This document shows, piece after piece, positions 36,373 through 50,162 of a DNA stretch of 64,000 nucleotides. The translations under genes and the position numbers were made by a program. The notes below the pieces were generated by a model. That model was not told the origin of the DNA and did not search any database. It saw nothing but the letters and a program-made list of their open reading frames with translations. This DNA comes from Marsupella aquatica. Taxonomy: Eukaryota; Plantae; Marchantiophyta. The stretch is taken from positions 270,007-334,006 of the forward strand of contig OZ316895.1 in assembly GCA_973895155.1 (NCBI GenBank), written 5' to 3'. Numbering within the stretch: the stretch's first letter is position 1; each line of letters begins with the position of its first letter.

Positions 36373-38030
36373 CTTCGCAAGTTGATCAACCTCTTGCTCT
36401 TCCCTGTCCGTGGGTCCCGTTCAAATATGTCCTGCACTTTCCCAAGACTCTCCGTCTCCCTAATTTCTATGTCGAAGATCTCTATTTCGCAGCTCCGAAA
36501 GAAGAAGCCTGAGAGCCTGAGGAATGGCGATAGTCGAAGTCTGACCTCACTCAAATGACAGCAAACGGCAGTGTTACTCAACAGATCAAGCGGTCACGCG
36601 ATCTAGAACCAGAAAGATCGTCCCTTCGAAGACATCCAATCATAACCAAACACGATCGAGAGCTGCAAATAGCATCCTGTGTGCATCGTCTGTCATCAGT
36701 AGAAGGGACAGATAACAGCATAAAGGAGACCCAATTCGTATGCTGTATTCACAAATCAGTAACCCCCCCCCCCTCCCCCCTCCCCCGAACCTCGAGCCAA
36801 ACTCAGTGAAATTCAGGCGGCTTTACATAGTCGATTCTTTCAGCTAAAACCCATCTTCATTTGTCCTACACCGGACGGGCTTTTCGTCCCGATCTGCTGT
36901 GGGCCTGTAATGCAAGCCCCCGCCTTGTCAACACTCCAACGAATTGCCCCCAGGACGCTTGTCCGTCCGCCAGACTTCGGTAGAGCTCTGCCGCCATGGG
37001 CCCCATTCTCCTTCTTCTCTAGAGAGGGATCTCCTCTTCCCTCTTGTCAGGTCCCGCTAGGTGGATCTCAAGGTTAGTCAAGGGAAGAAAGTGACTTCAA
37101 TTCTTGCCACAACCGGCACAGACTAGAAAGTTGGACTCACGATTGGGCTTTCGAGAAAAAATCTCCCCCTCACTCTTTCCTCCTCCCCTTCTTCCCTCCC
37201 GGCCGCCTTGGCTGCCACCATCACACACAATCTCACAATATCGCGGGGACTTCAAAAAGCATCTTACCAAATCTAACCGATCAGAAGAAGGTGAAGCTCG
37301 AAGGAAGATACGTTGGTTTTATAATTTTTCCGTGCCTCACTAATCCATCCAATAAACTACTTGCCCCAACACATATGAAAGCATGGCCGAATACCGTGGT
37401 CCACCCCGAGCCTTGGGGAGCCCCTCTACTACTCCTCCAAGTTTTAGTATTTGGGGGACGGATCCGTGAAAGTGCATCGATGACACTGTGGGGTGGTCCA
37501 TGCCTCTTGCCAACTGGTTGCCCCCCGAGCAGTGGGCACAAGATGTGGACTCTATAATAAACCAGGCCCGTGACCGAAGGGGCCGATCACAAAGGCTGAA
37601 CCGTTACATAGCTTCTAGATGTGTTAAGTAAATGGTTGTATTATTTTGCATTTGATTTTGCCGATGAAAATATTTCAAATATGACTATGACATTTTTCAA
37701 GTATTCCTGAAAAACCAGGAGTTATCTTGAATTAAGTTCAAGTGAGTGATGCATCATGAAAAATAATTCCTCTATCTTTGAATACGGGTTCTTTACATCA
37801 AAACATTTGTCAACTCATTTTCTAACAACGTCTTTTGTGGTTCACTAGACTTTGGAACCAAATTGACTAATTAGAGAGTGACACACAGTGAACTCACATC
37901 TGATAAAACTTGAAGTTTTCACTCCACTTTATTGTATTTTGTGATCTTTCAATTTTATATGAAATCTGACCACTTGGCATACAAGTACCATAAAATTTGT
38001 TTCACAACCATGTAAACAATTAGCAGATAA

Positions 38031-38150
38031 GGATGTACCCATGGATTACATTCTTGAAGGTACTATGGGGGGTACTATGTACCCAAACTGGGATGTACCC
38101 ATGGATTACATTCTTGAAGGTACTATGGGGGGTACTATGTACCCAAACTG
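38031..38150. repeat. Exact 60-bp tandem duplication
   Basis: ggatgtacccatggattacattcttgaaggtactatggggggtactatgtacccaaactg occurs twice. Confidence 0.95.
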
Positions 38151-39561
38151 CCGTAACTTGCCTATGCATAAACTAATACATGGTTAAGTCATATTATTTT
38201 GGCAACTCTACAACAATAGAATGAAGATGAACACAATTAATGCCCTCAATAGGTTATTAATTTTATTTTTATTTTATTGTACAATATCCAGAAGTTAGAA
38301 GCTCCATTTTGAGCCCCAGCCCTATTAGGTCCCACTTGGTAGTTTTGACCAGCATAATATAGTTGGGCACGATTCAAATGATGTAGAGATGGACTTTTGG
38401 GTTTTCTCTCATGAACATTTTTGGATGGCTTTGCATCCTGTTGTTGAGTTTATTTGTGCAAAAACAGATAAACGTCAAAGAAGTGGAATTTGCTGTGGAT
38501 GAGTCTTGCCAAGAAAAACAATACAGAGTACTTTGCAGAGACAGTACCTTGCGGAGAAAAACTTTTGAAGACATTTTTGGGCACCCATCACAAAAACTGA
38601 ACATAGTTCTGCCCAATAATCTAATTAGGTCCTGATCAAAATCACACCTAACCTAAGTAAAAGTACACCCAACCCATTCTTCTATAATAACTCAAACAAA
38701 AATCTAGATTTGTGCATATAAATGCATGAGAAGTTTAGACAAAGAAAAAAAGAATATGTTTTTCCATTTTGATTTTCATTTCATATTTGTTACTTTATTA
38801 AAAACTCCCTCAAATAGTGTTCGCCCCCTCTCGCAAGAAAAAGGATAAAAACAAAGACCATTTTGAACAAAAGTTTTATAAAAATAAAAAAAACTCTCCC
38901 TTTTTGTCTTTTTTATTTCTCCCCTTAAAATACCCTTAAACCTCCATCCCACCCACCCTAAAAGGTTGAAAATAACTGATGCAAAGAATATCATATCTCA
39001 ACAATTAAAGAACATTTCCTTTACCCTTTTTTATCCCTCCCCTTAAGGTAACCTTCTCCATCCCCACCAAAGAATACAAATGTCTTTTTTTTTGTCTATC
39101 ATTTCTCCTAAACAAACAGATGAAGAAGAAATAGAAACACAAAATTTAAGTCCCCTCATTTTTATTTCTCCCCTCTTACTTAGCCCCTTCAAAAGAGTCG
39201 TCCCTCTTCCTTATGACCCCATTCACCCAAAGGAAAGAAATAAAAAAGAATGGAATGCTTCCACACAAAAAGGTCCCTTAGAGTCGCCCCTCTTATTCAG
39301 CCCCTTGGAAAGTGTGTCCCAGGTTACCCTTGAAGATGCTGTACATAAGTAGGTACCCCTTTTCCCAATGAAAAAACAAAAAGGATTCAATAGCAATAAA
39401 CACTCTCTAGAAAGAAACAAAACATTAAATGTTCTCTCTCATCTCCTTTTGTCTCATGGTGTAGTATATGTACACATGTACAATACTGTGAGGAAAATAC
39501 TTTATTCTCATCATGACAAGAAGTGAGGCCTAGTTACAAAAGGCAAAGTATAACTGACCAA

Positions 39562-39680
39562 TGTATTGGAACGAAAGTATTGGAACCAAAATATGGGAAC
39601 CAAAGTATTGAGAACAAAGTATTGGAACCAAAGTATTGAGAACAAAGTATTGGAACCAAACCAAAGTATTTTGGGACCAA
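39562..39680. repeat. 14-bp minisatellite (AAAGTATTGGAACC / AAAGTATTGAGAAC), about 8 units
   Basis: Directly visible tandem array with alternating variants. Confidence 0.88.
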
Positions 39681-40226
39681 TTTTGGGCCCCCATCACATC
39701 TACTGAACTAAAGTTCAGCCAAAAAACAAATTACTTACCCTGATTACCCATGCCTACAATAGAGGCGAGGACCAAAAAAAGACCTTGCAAAGAAAGTGTT
39801 CCTTGCTGTTGTCCCTTACCCCCTCGGAGAACATAAATAGAGACAAGTACAACAAAAGAACTTGCAAACAAAAGTATTTCTTGCTATATCTTTGCCCCAT
39901 CCATGTTTCTTTGCCTAATATACCCTCACTTTCATTTGTGTTCTGCATCAGTCATGGTTTAGAGGTTTCACTCTGGACAGTAGGCCTAGGGTGTAGCTTT
40001 GGATTATAATTATATACTTACTAGCTTATTACCCTTTCCTTGAACATACACAGAGAGAGAGGAGAAATCAAAACAAAGGTCGCAAAACAAAGGATTCCAT
40101 GCTATTGCCCCCATCCCTGATTTTTTGTTTGCACTAACCCTCACTTTCAGTTATGCCCTCACTTAGACTAACTATAGGCTTCACTCTAGACAGTATGCCC
40201 AGGAAATAGATTTTGATTGCGCTTTA

Positions 40227-40248
40227 ATAGATAGATAGATAGATAGAT
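40227..40248. repeat. (ATAG)n microsatellite
   Basis: atagatagatagatagatagat. Confidence 0.85.
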
Positions 40249-42354
40249 GAGATCATTATTTTGTCCCACACACTCTGGTCACTATGGTAGACCACAGGTG
40301 GTGTTCAAACCCATGTGTAGGCACATTTCTTTTGACAAAACCCTATTCAAAAGTGGGCTTCAGACAAAGCTCTAGCAACATTGTCCTTTGTAATAGGTTC
40401 TACTCTATTTTACTAAACACATCAGTAGTGTTGAGGGTTAATTACTTGGCAACCCTGCCCCAAGGAAGACAAGATAAGGTTACTGGTGACGTACGTTGCT
40501 GTGCGCTTTTTGCCCTTGTGGATCCTATCACTATTGACAGGATTGCATGGTGGGACACTCTGCCTAGCTCCGGCATCTCTGACTTTCCATGTAAAATTTT
40601 GTTAGAACAATGGTGTTTTTTAGCCGTTCTACCAGTCCCACACAGTTCAGGTGATCGATGCTTCCATTCTTTTGGTACTAAATTTGGTGCAAAGCGAGGG
40701 GGAGAGTTGTCAACTACAAGAAAGCTAGAGGAGATAGTCTTGAATAGTTTCCACAAGGCAAAGCATCAAATGAAAGACCACCAGGTCTGTTTTCCTGATC
40801 CAACATTGCCTAATCAAGCAATGGTCAAAAGTTTGAAACCTCATAAGAGAGAGTATATTGTGCGCAATATATATTCAAACTTCCTTTTCATGCTGTTGTA
40901 TATAAGTGGGCTGATGAGGGAAACATGTGCAAGCACCAGTTGATTGAAGACATTGCTAGTTCGAGGTTTTCAAGCAGGTGCTATCTTCCACCAGCTAGGC
41001 ACCAGGTTTGGTAGCCTCATGGATGGCATCTCACATTTGGATGTGGATGAGATTATCCAGACACCACATGAACATATAGAAGTAGAAGGCCAATAATTTT
41101 ATCACAATGAAGTCACCATAGAGGAGCCTCCTCATAAGGTTGTTGAAATGGAATGTAACCTTCAAGTTTCTGTTCTACCGAGGGAAAACCCAAAGCTTGC
41201 CCTCAGATAATCTGTGCAATGGATGTTTGACAGGATTTTGCTTGTTGTGGAAGAAGACCTCCACCTAATGGAGCAAGTATTCTTGGCAGCACAACTTACT
41301 CTGAACAAATTAAGTGAAAGGCCAAGAACAAACTATTTAAACGCCTAGAAAGGGGTCATTGTAGCGTGCGAGGAAACAGTAAAAAATTTCCTTGCATGAG
41401 AATTTTTTTTCCTCACATGACCCCTATTTTTCTATATGCAACTGCCTTGCTAACAGTAACCTGGTTGATAACATCCATTTTCAGGACTCCTCTTTTTGCT
41501 AGCAACCTGGCTAGCCATATGGAGTCATAAAAATGCACAAAAAATATAAAAGGCAGCAAAAAGCAAAAGAAATTTAAAACCACAAGTGTCTTGCTAATGA
41601 CACTCCCCTAGCCAACAAAATTCCTGTTTGCTCGCATTATAGAATACCTCCATGGAAAGACAGTAGGTCTTGTGGATGCTTTTGTCAGGTCTGTGGGTCT
41701 TACATCACCCAACCCGGAGACATGACAACGTCGACAAATGAAGGACCCAATCAAGGGGCCGGAGGGAACCTTGGACCTAGGCTAAAGCCAACTACCACAA
41801 AAGCCAGGAGCAATGTAAAAGACCCCCACTAAACACTGCCTATTGACAAACTGAAGAGCCTGTAGAGCTCAGTGGTGAACTGTAGGCAGGATTGTAGGAG
41901 GGTGATCAAGTCAAGCAAAGGAATTTGACTTGAGGCTTACTAGTTACATGTATTATAGTACCTCGCTTTCACTTTAACGGTACTGCACTTTCTTCCATTT
42001 ACTTTAATTTCTACAATCATTGTTTCTTAGAAAACAATGAAATAGAATAGTTTAGCTTCATGAATTAGTTCGAGTAGACTAGTCAGTACTGTAAATAATA
42101 TACAATAGCCTAAGTTGTTGGTGAGTTATAATATTATTTAAATATCTATGTCTTAGAATGGACCAGCTCTATATAGTGGTTGCTGCTAAAGTTAGGGTTT
42201 TTGCACAGCACTATGGCCAATGCACAGCTAAGTATGAAAAATTGGGTGCATTAAGGTGTGTTACCAGAGTGTGATATATAACAAATAAAAGTCCCTCAAA
42301 CTGAACTTTCACAATGTACAATTACTTAGTTAGAGGACCCCTTGGTTATGTACA

Positions 42355-42408
42355 AGTTTGATGTTATTCAACAATTAATGCTGAACAGTTGTTGAATAAC
42401 ATCAAACT
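42355..42408. repeat. Perfect 20-bp inverted repeat with a 14-nt loop
   Basis: agtttgatgttattcaacaa (42355-42374) pairs with ttgttgaataacatcaaact (42389-42408). Confidence 0.9.
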
Positions 42409-45400
42409 CCTTTATTCAAGGGATTTGCATTTATTGAACTTCATTTCAACAGATTTTTGGTCGCACTTGAGTTTATCATTAGAACAACAAATGGCCCTCC
42501 AGGGTCTGGGCTGGGAAGATTGCCAAGAGGGAACACTGGGAGGAGGCTAGGAGGGAGGTTTTTCCTCTGGGGCCATATAGGAGTTTTTTCCATTTTTGGA
42601 GGAGTCCTTTCTGGCATCTTTTTTCCCCATATGAAGTATGACTTAATTGTCCACGGTTAAGAAAGTTTACCAATAGCCAGGTTAAAGCAGGAGAACATTT
42701 GTTTATCTTTGTAGATTGCTTACAACATGTGTTTTTTATGCAAGAGAATAACTTTTTCGTAAATCTTTGTAGATTCATAAAGTTCTGTTGGATGGAGTTT
42801 TCTTTCGGCTTCAATGTATACTTTTGCCTTCCTTCTGGCCGGTATGGTCATAATCCTCTTAAACCACACCTGCCCCTATAAAGGGCTATGGGTAACCCGT
42901 AGCTCTCATTCTAAGGAATACAATTTCAGAAATGGATTTTGAACTCCACAAAAAGTGTTCCACCTTTTATGGTGAATAGTGAGACATGGAATGAAGCATT
43001 TATAGTGGCAGGTGTGATTTAACTACCTGAGGGCCCGTCCACACCCACCTTTTATAGGCCCTAGATTTTTGGGAAAATGTGCCACCTAGGATTGGAATAG
43101 GTTAAGTGAACGTGAACGACATTTGAACTTTTATAAATTACCCTAAATCTTAACGCAAGACAAGCTTTTCCAGGTTTTTATCACGACCTGCCCTTGATTC
43201 TTGAGAAGTGAGAGTTTCACTTTCTTAGGGTTTTCTGACATTGAGCCCATGCCATATCCAGATGCTGTTAACCTAGGTCAGTGAGACCCATTTCTAGAGA
43301 AGAGGATCCACCTCAAGCGACAGCTCCTGAAACTATGTTTTTGGTGTTAAATGTGACTTTTGGGTTCCTTGTTTTTATGAACGTAGTTTCACGCGGTTCC
43401 CTGTCACCATTAATATGGTAGGCTTAGAAAAGGGTACGGGGAAGAACAAGTCTGGTTGAAGTTACGTACCCTTACCCTGGGATACAGGTTTGAGTTTTGC
43501 TTCTCACTAATTCTATTGACTTCACCTCATTTTCATTAAGTCAAGATAATGTTTACTAGTTAGCATGAAAGCATGTCAGTTCTTGAGTATGGCCCACCTG
43601 TATCCCCATGGACATTAAGTTCATCACTTTCAAGAAATTCCAGTCAGTGTCAATTACAAACTCATGCCATTCCTTTTTCCTTGTTGGACTGTTTCAGTCC
43701 TTCAGAATCATCGTTACCGTGAACATACTTGAATCTAATTAAATGATAATTACGTCTGGGATTGCAATATATCGGTAATTAAAGAAATAACATGTAACCA
43801 GCCTTGTTTAGCAAGCAAGTAAATTGTAGCCACAAGCCAAAGTTTAGCGTGAGGAGACAGCCATCAAGGCACGTTATTAGCTTTCTTCTGTCAGTTGTCC
43901 TCTATGATTGCATCGGCAACCTCAACCTCTTTACTGAAAGTAACTTGACCAGACTTGCGAGCTTCTGGCGAGTGCTGATTGTGTTCCCTGTCTGGAAAGG
44001 AGTGATCGATTAGTAGAGATCATATCAACGAAATACTCTGCCGGGTTAATGCGGCTCCGGAACATTTTACCTGAAGTAGCAGTCTTGTCATCTCAATTGA
44101 GAATCATGGCAGACACATCGACTTTGGTTGAAACAGAATAAGAACTGCTTGGTCTGATTGTAGAGAAACTCACGGGATCAACATTATTTTCTGCCATCAG
44201 GCCGGATACATTCTCGGATACATTCAGACATGTCAGTTAATTTTGCTAGTTGGTACACTATTATCTGATCTGCTGCTATTCGTATTCTGCATATTTTGAG
44301 TTTTTGGATCACTGCCCGGATCACTGTACGTTCCGTTTTTATGTTCCTCCATATTCCTAATTGAAGCAACTCAAAATCAAAGGACACTTGCAGATTAGAG
44401 GCTTCCTCGTAAAGGCAATCTGGCCTTTTTTGCATAATTGTCTAATACTTTTGGACTAACGGTGGCTTTACAAGGAGTAGGGGGTAGTTCTTTTGACTTT
44501 TTGTCACCAAGGCAATTTCTTGTTCTGAAGAAACACTCGAAACCACTTTTTATTTTAGAAACAAGGTTCAATACAAGCAATTCCTTTTAAGATTGGGCTC
44601 ACTACTTGCCTTGTAGGATCGGCTGTAGGATAGTAGAGACCCTTTGGTTAGCCCACTACTTGCCATGTAAGATAGTAGAGACCATTTGGTACTGGTAATA
44701 CTAACTGGAGCGCTCTCCGCATTAATGGATCCAGATTTAATCTCAAAGAGAAAAAAAAAAAGAGACGGGGTAGACTCATGATTATGTCCACATTTCAGCT
44801 CACAAAGAATAAAAAGAAGACAATGGCCTCACAACTTCTAAAGGCTACCCTAAAGTGAGCGCAATTATTTGTGAGAACGATTACGGCACACCGTCAAATT
44901 CGGACACAACTACGGACTGTTTCACCACTAAACCTTCACCTTACTCCTCCATAGTTGCCTCTATAAACGCAGACCAAGTCAGCTTCCTACTTAACTAGCT
45001 ACCGGATTCTAGTATCAGAGCGGACTTGGGCTCAGTTACGATGCCCCCAAGAATTTCATTCTCAACTGTGTATGCTATCTACCTTTGGAAGGAAAGTGTG
45101 AGTCGATGCGGTGGGGCCTGGCTCTCCATTCGAAAGCATCGGATTGTGCGACTAACTTGTTCTTTTCACCCGCTTTTCACCTTGTGCTTTTTGTCAAAAG
45201 GAACGACGAGGTTGGAGACTGCAACAATTATAAGCAGGCAGTTGAGCTGGTCCACCAATGGATTGTCGGTGGTGGGGTACGAAGAGAAAGCTGTTCATCG
45301 GAGGGCATATAAGCTTGCATGTGAGAATCTTACTTCGGGAACGTTGTGTTTAGTCCTGTCAGGAATTAATTGAACATTAAGAGGAATTCTCCTTGAAGTC

Positions 45401-46303
45401 GTGGGGCTGGATAATCCTGTTGGTTATTTAGACATGCACAAGTCTGAAGCCTGCTGCATGAAACTGCAATGAGCCAATGCATTTAAATACTGTAATCTAC
45501 GTTTATCTAATTTTTTTACCGGTCTTGACGAAAGCAATGTTATGTTTTCATTATGAACCACTCTTATTCCATCATTTGCTTGCACTGTTCTAAAGGGCAT
45601 GAGGGAAAAGAATGGCCCGCATGACTGTGGGCTACGTCCTGTACCCACCAAACAAGCGGCATGCCAGAATCCTAGGGTAAAGATACTACTACTCTGAATG
45701 ACAGCGGCCTGGCTTGGACCACCAGGCTGACGTATCGGTGACGGTGGAGAGCATCTCCAGGAGGCAAACCTACTAGGCAGATCCACTTAAAAACTGATGG
45801 GAACCCAAGTGACGGAGAAGGCGGCCACCATTGAGATAATATGATTCCCTGGTGTTTGCTAGAGATTGGAGTGATTTGTCCGTCTTCTGAATTTGTCATC
45901 AAGTCCGAGCTCAGCTCTCAAGTCCTGAGGTGTGGCAAAATTGTCTCACATCTTATAAATAGAATGGAGACCGACTTATCCATCGGATGCCTGACTTATT
46001 TACCGGATGCCTGCCCTAGATAATTATGTAGTCTCCTACCAACTGTGAGGGTATGCACCGGCAGTGTGACCGTGCCAACCCTGTGTACATTGTTCAAATC
46101 TGCAACGGTAATGGGGATGGAGAAGCATGTACAGAGCCCTAGCTAAATCTAAAGCTCTTAAACTATCGTCAAGCTCATGCTAAGTCTCAATCCTAAGAAC
46201 CTTCGTCAATCCGAAGTCCGATTGAATCACCGGAAAGAATACCCAATCCAGGAACTCACGTACGCTCCTCACGCTTCTAAATGGTGACAATAATCATCAA
46301 AGC

Positions 46304-49300
46304 TCACGGAAATGCACATCCAGTAAAACCTGCGCATGTACATCGAAAAACCATTGTAATCATTGATCCAGACGGTACAATAGCAAGTACATCGGATCAG
46401 AGAATCAGAAATTATATCTGGAATTTTCATTACTCGCCAGGGTCACCACGGTCGCCACTGTCAATTAATGTGCCGTCCATTATACACTCGTCGATCCTTA
46501 TATATCTACTGACGAAATTGATTTCACCATCGAAACATCCAAATTCAACTTCTAGTATGTACATCCGTTACATATATAAACATCCAAATCAGTCTAGATA
46601 TATGAACATGTGCATAACAATCGACCATTTGCCACAGAACATAAATTTTTCATGTAAATTCCAGATAGGAGAATGAAAATAGCTTGCAGTTTGGGGTGAC
46701 TCCAATTTCTTATGAGTGAGCGCTACAGATAATGCGAATTTGTATAGAATAACTTTCGAGTGCGAGGATTTGGAGAAAGGCAGCTTACTTGGATCAACGG
46801 TAGTCACAACCGCCGTATCACTAAAGAAGCAATCCCAAGAGTTCCGATTCTGGAGGTGGTAATAGCTGTCGAAGGCATAGGAAGCATGAGCGACGAGAGT
46901 GTTGGGGTCAAAGCAAGCGCCTCCTTTCTGGAGCATACTGCAATCGACTCCACCAGTACTACAAGACCAGTCAAGAGCAATCTGCAGCTGCCCAGGATCA
47001 GCATCAGACTTCGCCACACACCAGGACGATCCACCTGTAGGGCCTGGTGCAATTGGCACGATTGGAGAAGTCGGAGTTGGGGATGTTGGAGGAGGAGGAG
47101 ACCACCCTAGTGCGGGTGGAGGAGGAGGAGACCACCCTAGAGCAGGTGGAGGAGGAGGAGACCACCCTAGAGCGGGCCCTAGAGCAGGTGGAGGCGGAGG
47201 AGACCAACCGAGAGTAATTGGAGGCGGAGGAGACCACCCGAGAGCAGGTGGAGGTGGAGGAGAAGGCCATGCTTGAGGAGCTAAAGCGAGGGGAGGCGGC
47301 TGGCTGGGGATGAGAGGGGGAGGAGGAGGAGGAGGAGACCACTGTCCACTAGGGGGTAAAACAGTGACCGGAGGAGGAGGCCAAACTGTGACAGGAGGGG
47401 GAGGCCAAACTGTGACAGGAGGGGGAGGCCAAGCTGTGTCAGGAGGGGGAGGCCAACTTGTACTAGGGGGCAAAGCTCCAATGGGAGGAGGAGGACTATA
47501 CCATTGTGGGGATACGTTCAAACCCGACTCATAAAGTGGAGTTCCATCAGGATTGAACAGCCCAAAGTTTCTCTCTGAAGTTGGTCCAGGTTTCATATCC
47601 TCATTGTAAAGAGCAAAAATATAAGTGTCGACAGTAACACCAGGTCGAGCCGGTGTACCCACTCCAGACTCGATATGTTTGATCAAATTCGCATTGAAGA
47701 GCTGCGCATTCTGAATACTCGCTCCTGCCTCATTTGGGTCTCCCGCTGAAGGCCACCCAGTTTCGGTCACTCCAAGATTGATATTATTGTACCCCAGCTT
47801 TGACATCGCAGCATATACCGCATCCACCTGAGCGTCGAACATGTTCGTGTAGTTGAGGCCAGAGCCATCATCGTAGACTGGGATAGCATTGGGACCGAAG
47901 AGAACATAGTCCAGAGAGATGTTTCCTGGAGCCTCTGCATATGCAAAGTATGGATATATGTTCACCATGAAAGGAGATCCAGTCTGGGCGTAAAAGTCAA
48001 GAAGAGGACTCATAATATTAGCGTTGTAGTAATGGAATTCGCCATATGAAGGTGGGAAGGATTTCGCCACAATGCCCAGCGAGTTTGGCGACGAGATCTT
48101 GACCGACTTGTCCAGGCCCAAACTCACAAGAGCGGCTTGCAGGTTCTGTAGAGCTGGGAGGAGAAAAGGTATGAGTTGAGGCTGGTAGGAAAGCACCTCG
48201 TTTCCGAGAGCTACACCCACAATCGAGGTGTTCGGGTAGGGGGCGATGTTGGTCTGCGCCCACTGCAAGGCATAGCCCTGAGTTTGGGCCAGAGGCTGGA
48301 CCTGATCATTGTCAGCGGCGATGACAATGTCAATTCCACTACCAGCGAACGTCGTGAGGACCCCGGCATCGGCGTTGTAGATCTTCAATTTACTTATGCT
48401 CGTGCTCTTCACCAGCTGCAAAACGACATCGTTCGATGGAATGTTGTTTGCCACTTGCCCGAAGTTGACTCCTATGGCATTTGTACCTGCGTTCGTTAAA
48501 TTCATTGGGCGCACTATATCAGTGACAACTTGCATTTTCTAATGGGTAAACTACATCAGTAGCCTCCTTGCTTCATATTCTGTTGCCTGGACGCTACATA
48601 GACCACCTTGACAAGTGTTCGCCTGGGCACACTAGCTATCAATTGCCAGCATGTTCAAATTTTATTCCCGATTTATTCGGTGCGCTAGGGCAATGAACGT
48701 ATTCATACCCCTTTCATTGAGGTACTTTCATGTTCTCGATTGAAATTTGAAAGGACAGTGAAATATCCAGCTGAGTCATGAATGAAGCAACAAATTGACG
48801 TACGAAGGAAATCTTATGATCTCTGACCTCAACCGACGAAGTTGAAAATAAGCTCGTTATGGAATCAATAACTATATACGAAGGAAGTCCGTTACAGTTC
48901 TGCATTACTTATGAAATTCACACACCAGAGCTTTTGTCATTAATTAAAGGTTTATGCGACAATCAACCCTCGATCAGGTCAGCCTTAGTTATTCAGTTCA
49001 CGACAGCAGAGATCATGCGTGTAGATATTTGATCGCGTCGGAAGCTTGAGAAGGAGGGTATAAGCATACTCCTAATTCTGCATTGGCACCGACCTCCAAC
49101 ATTGCATGGATAGTGAGCGGGTACCAGCTAGCAAGGACAACACATTCGGAATTGTTCGCCTCGATCAGGAAAACCTCAATCAGCTGGCAACCCAAGACAC
49201 TATCAATGTGAGGCGGTAATTGTGAAGCTAGATTGTGCGTGATTACCTTGGATTCGATCAACAGTGCATGGATAGCAAGCCTTCTTGACTCGGCAGAAGG

Positions 49301-50162
49301 CTATCTATCTATCTACGTAGGAAAGCTGTGAAGTGAGATACTGAAGACCAGTCTGCGCATACTTATATTTCGAATCCCTAAGTGTTAGCCATAAAAGAAG
49401 CTAGGCAGAGGCTCGTACGTAGATATATCGTACCAACTCACATGAGGTCCATCGTTAACATGTACGATCTGTGTTATTTCACTGCTATACATCTACATTC
49501 ATTGACGTACTACAGGTCGACAACATCTTCCATAGCCCTAGTTAATATTAGATGTAAGCATTCGTATGTCGTATACTTCATTAAAAGGAGGTTCAGTTGA
49601 CAGCCGATTCGGTCTGAAATCGTAGCTAATCGGTAGAAATAGCTACCGCCCCCAATTCCAGAATGTCATACTCAACCGAATTCCATGCCAAGGAGGGGAG
49701 ACTTTATCCTCGAAGAAAACCCTGAGCTAGCTGAGAATCGAAAGATGAATTTGTTACAAAGTAATATAGATCGATCCATGGATGACTGTCAAACTAGTAT
49801 CTGAGAATAGTGCCAAGTCTAGCAAGCCTTGCAAATCGATACAAAATGATAATCGGCAACACTTTTTCTCCATCGTTTCGTCTAATGAGCTAACTGCCTC
49901 AATCTAACTTCAGTATGTACTCGACAATCCATGGCATACAACAACGCGCATAAATGAAACACTAACATGATTGTGTGTTCGAGTCGCACATTCCATCACG
50001 AAAGAATTATTGTAGCATGCATGATCGGTCAGTACGTGACTACTGCATCGATAACTACTTTGGATGAGTGAACTCACACGAGATGAGGAGCGCTGAAGCA
50101 ACCCATAACGCCAGCAACAGACGAGGTAGACCAGCACCAGCAGGTGCAGAGTGAGTCAACAT
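46304..50162 (-). CDS. Glucan endo-1,3-beta-glucosidase (GH17) with Pro-rich extensin-like linker and X8/CBM43 domain; exons 50162-50078, 48486-46789, 46329-46304; 602 aa
   Basis: Signal-peptide exon MLTHSAPAGAGLPRLLLALWVASALLIS with a phase-1 GT-AG intron. IGVNFGQVANN, GNEV (acid/base Glu), SPFMVNIYPYF, VTETGWPS (nucleophile Glu), FALYNEDMKPGPTSERNFGLF. X8 motif WCVAK...LDWSC...C...CFDPNTLVAHASYAFDSYY...C.F. Last micro-exon SFTGCAFP*. Total 1809 nt in frame. The last exon is the least certain part. Confidence 0.92.
47090..47500 (-). repeat. Coding tandem repeats in the GH17 linker: 24-bp (WPPPPVTV) and 30-bp (GWSPPPPPAL) units
   Basis: Repeated ggaggaggagaccaccctagagc and ggaggccaaactgtgaca units. 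Confidence 0.9.

Noticed and set aside
40284-40943. 219-aa ORF on the plus strand
   Set aside because: No recognisable domain. It lies in CpG-depleted, degenerate-looking DNA and is probably an old TE remnant or a chance ORF.
45424-45786. Possible GPI-anchor exon for the GH17 gene
   Set aside because: I found no phase-compatible splice giving a terminal hydrophobic tail and stop; more likely 3' UTR or intergenic DNA.
46899-47534. Gly-rich ORFs on the plus strand; similarly Pro-rich ORF 61181-61486
   Set aside because: Antisense shadows of low-complexity repeats on the minus strand.
46589-48535. The 648-aa ORF as the complete GH17 protein
   Set aside because: Its ends run into introns (acceptor at 48487, donor at 46788). 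The real N-terminus is the signal-peptide exon at 50162-50078.
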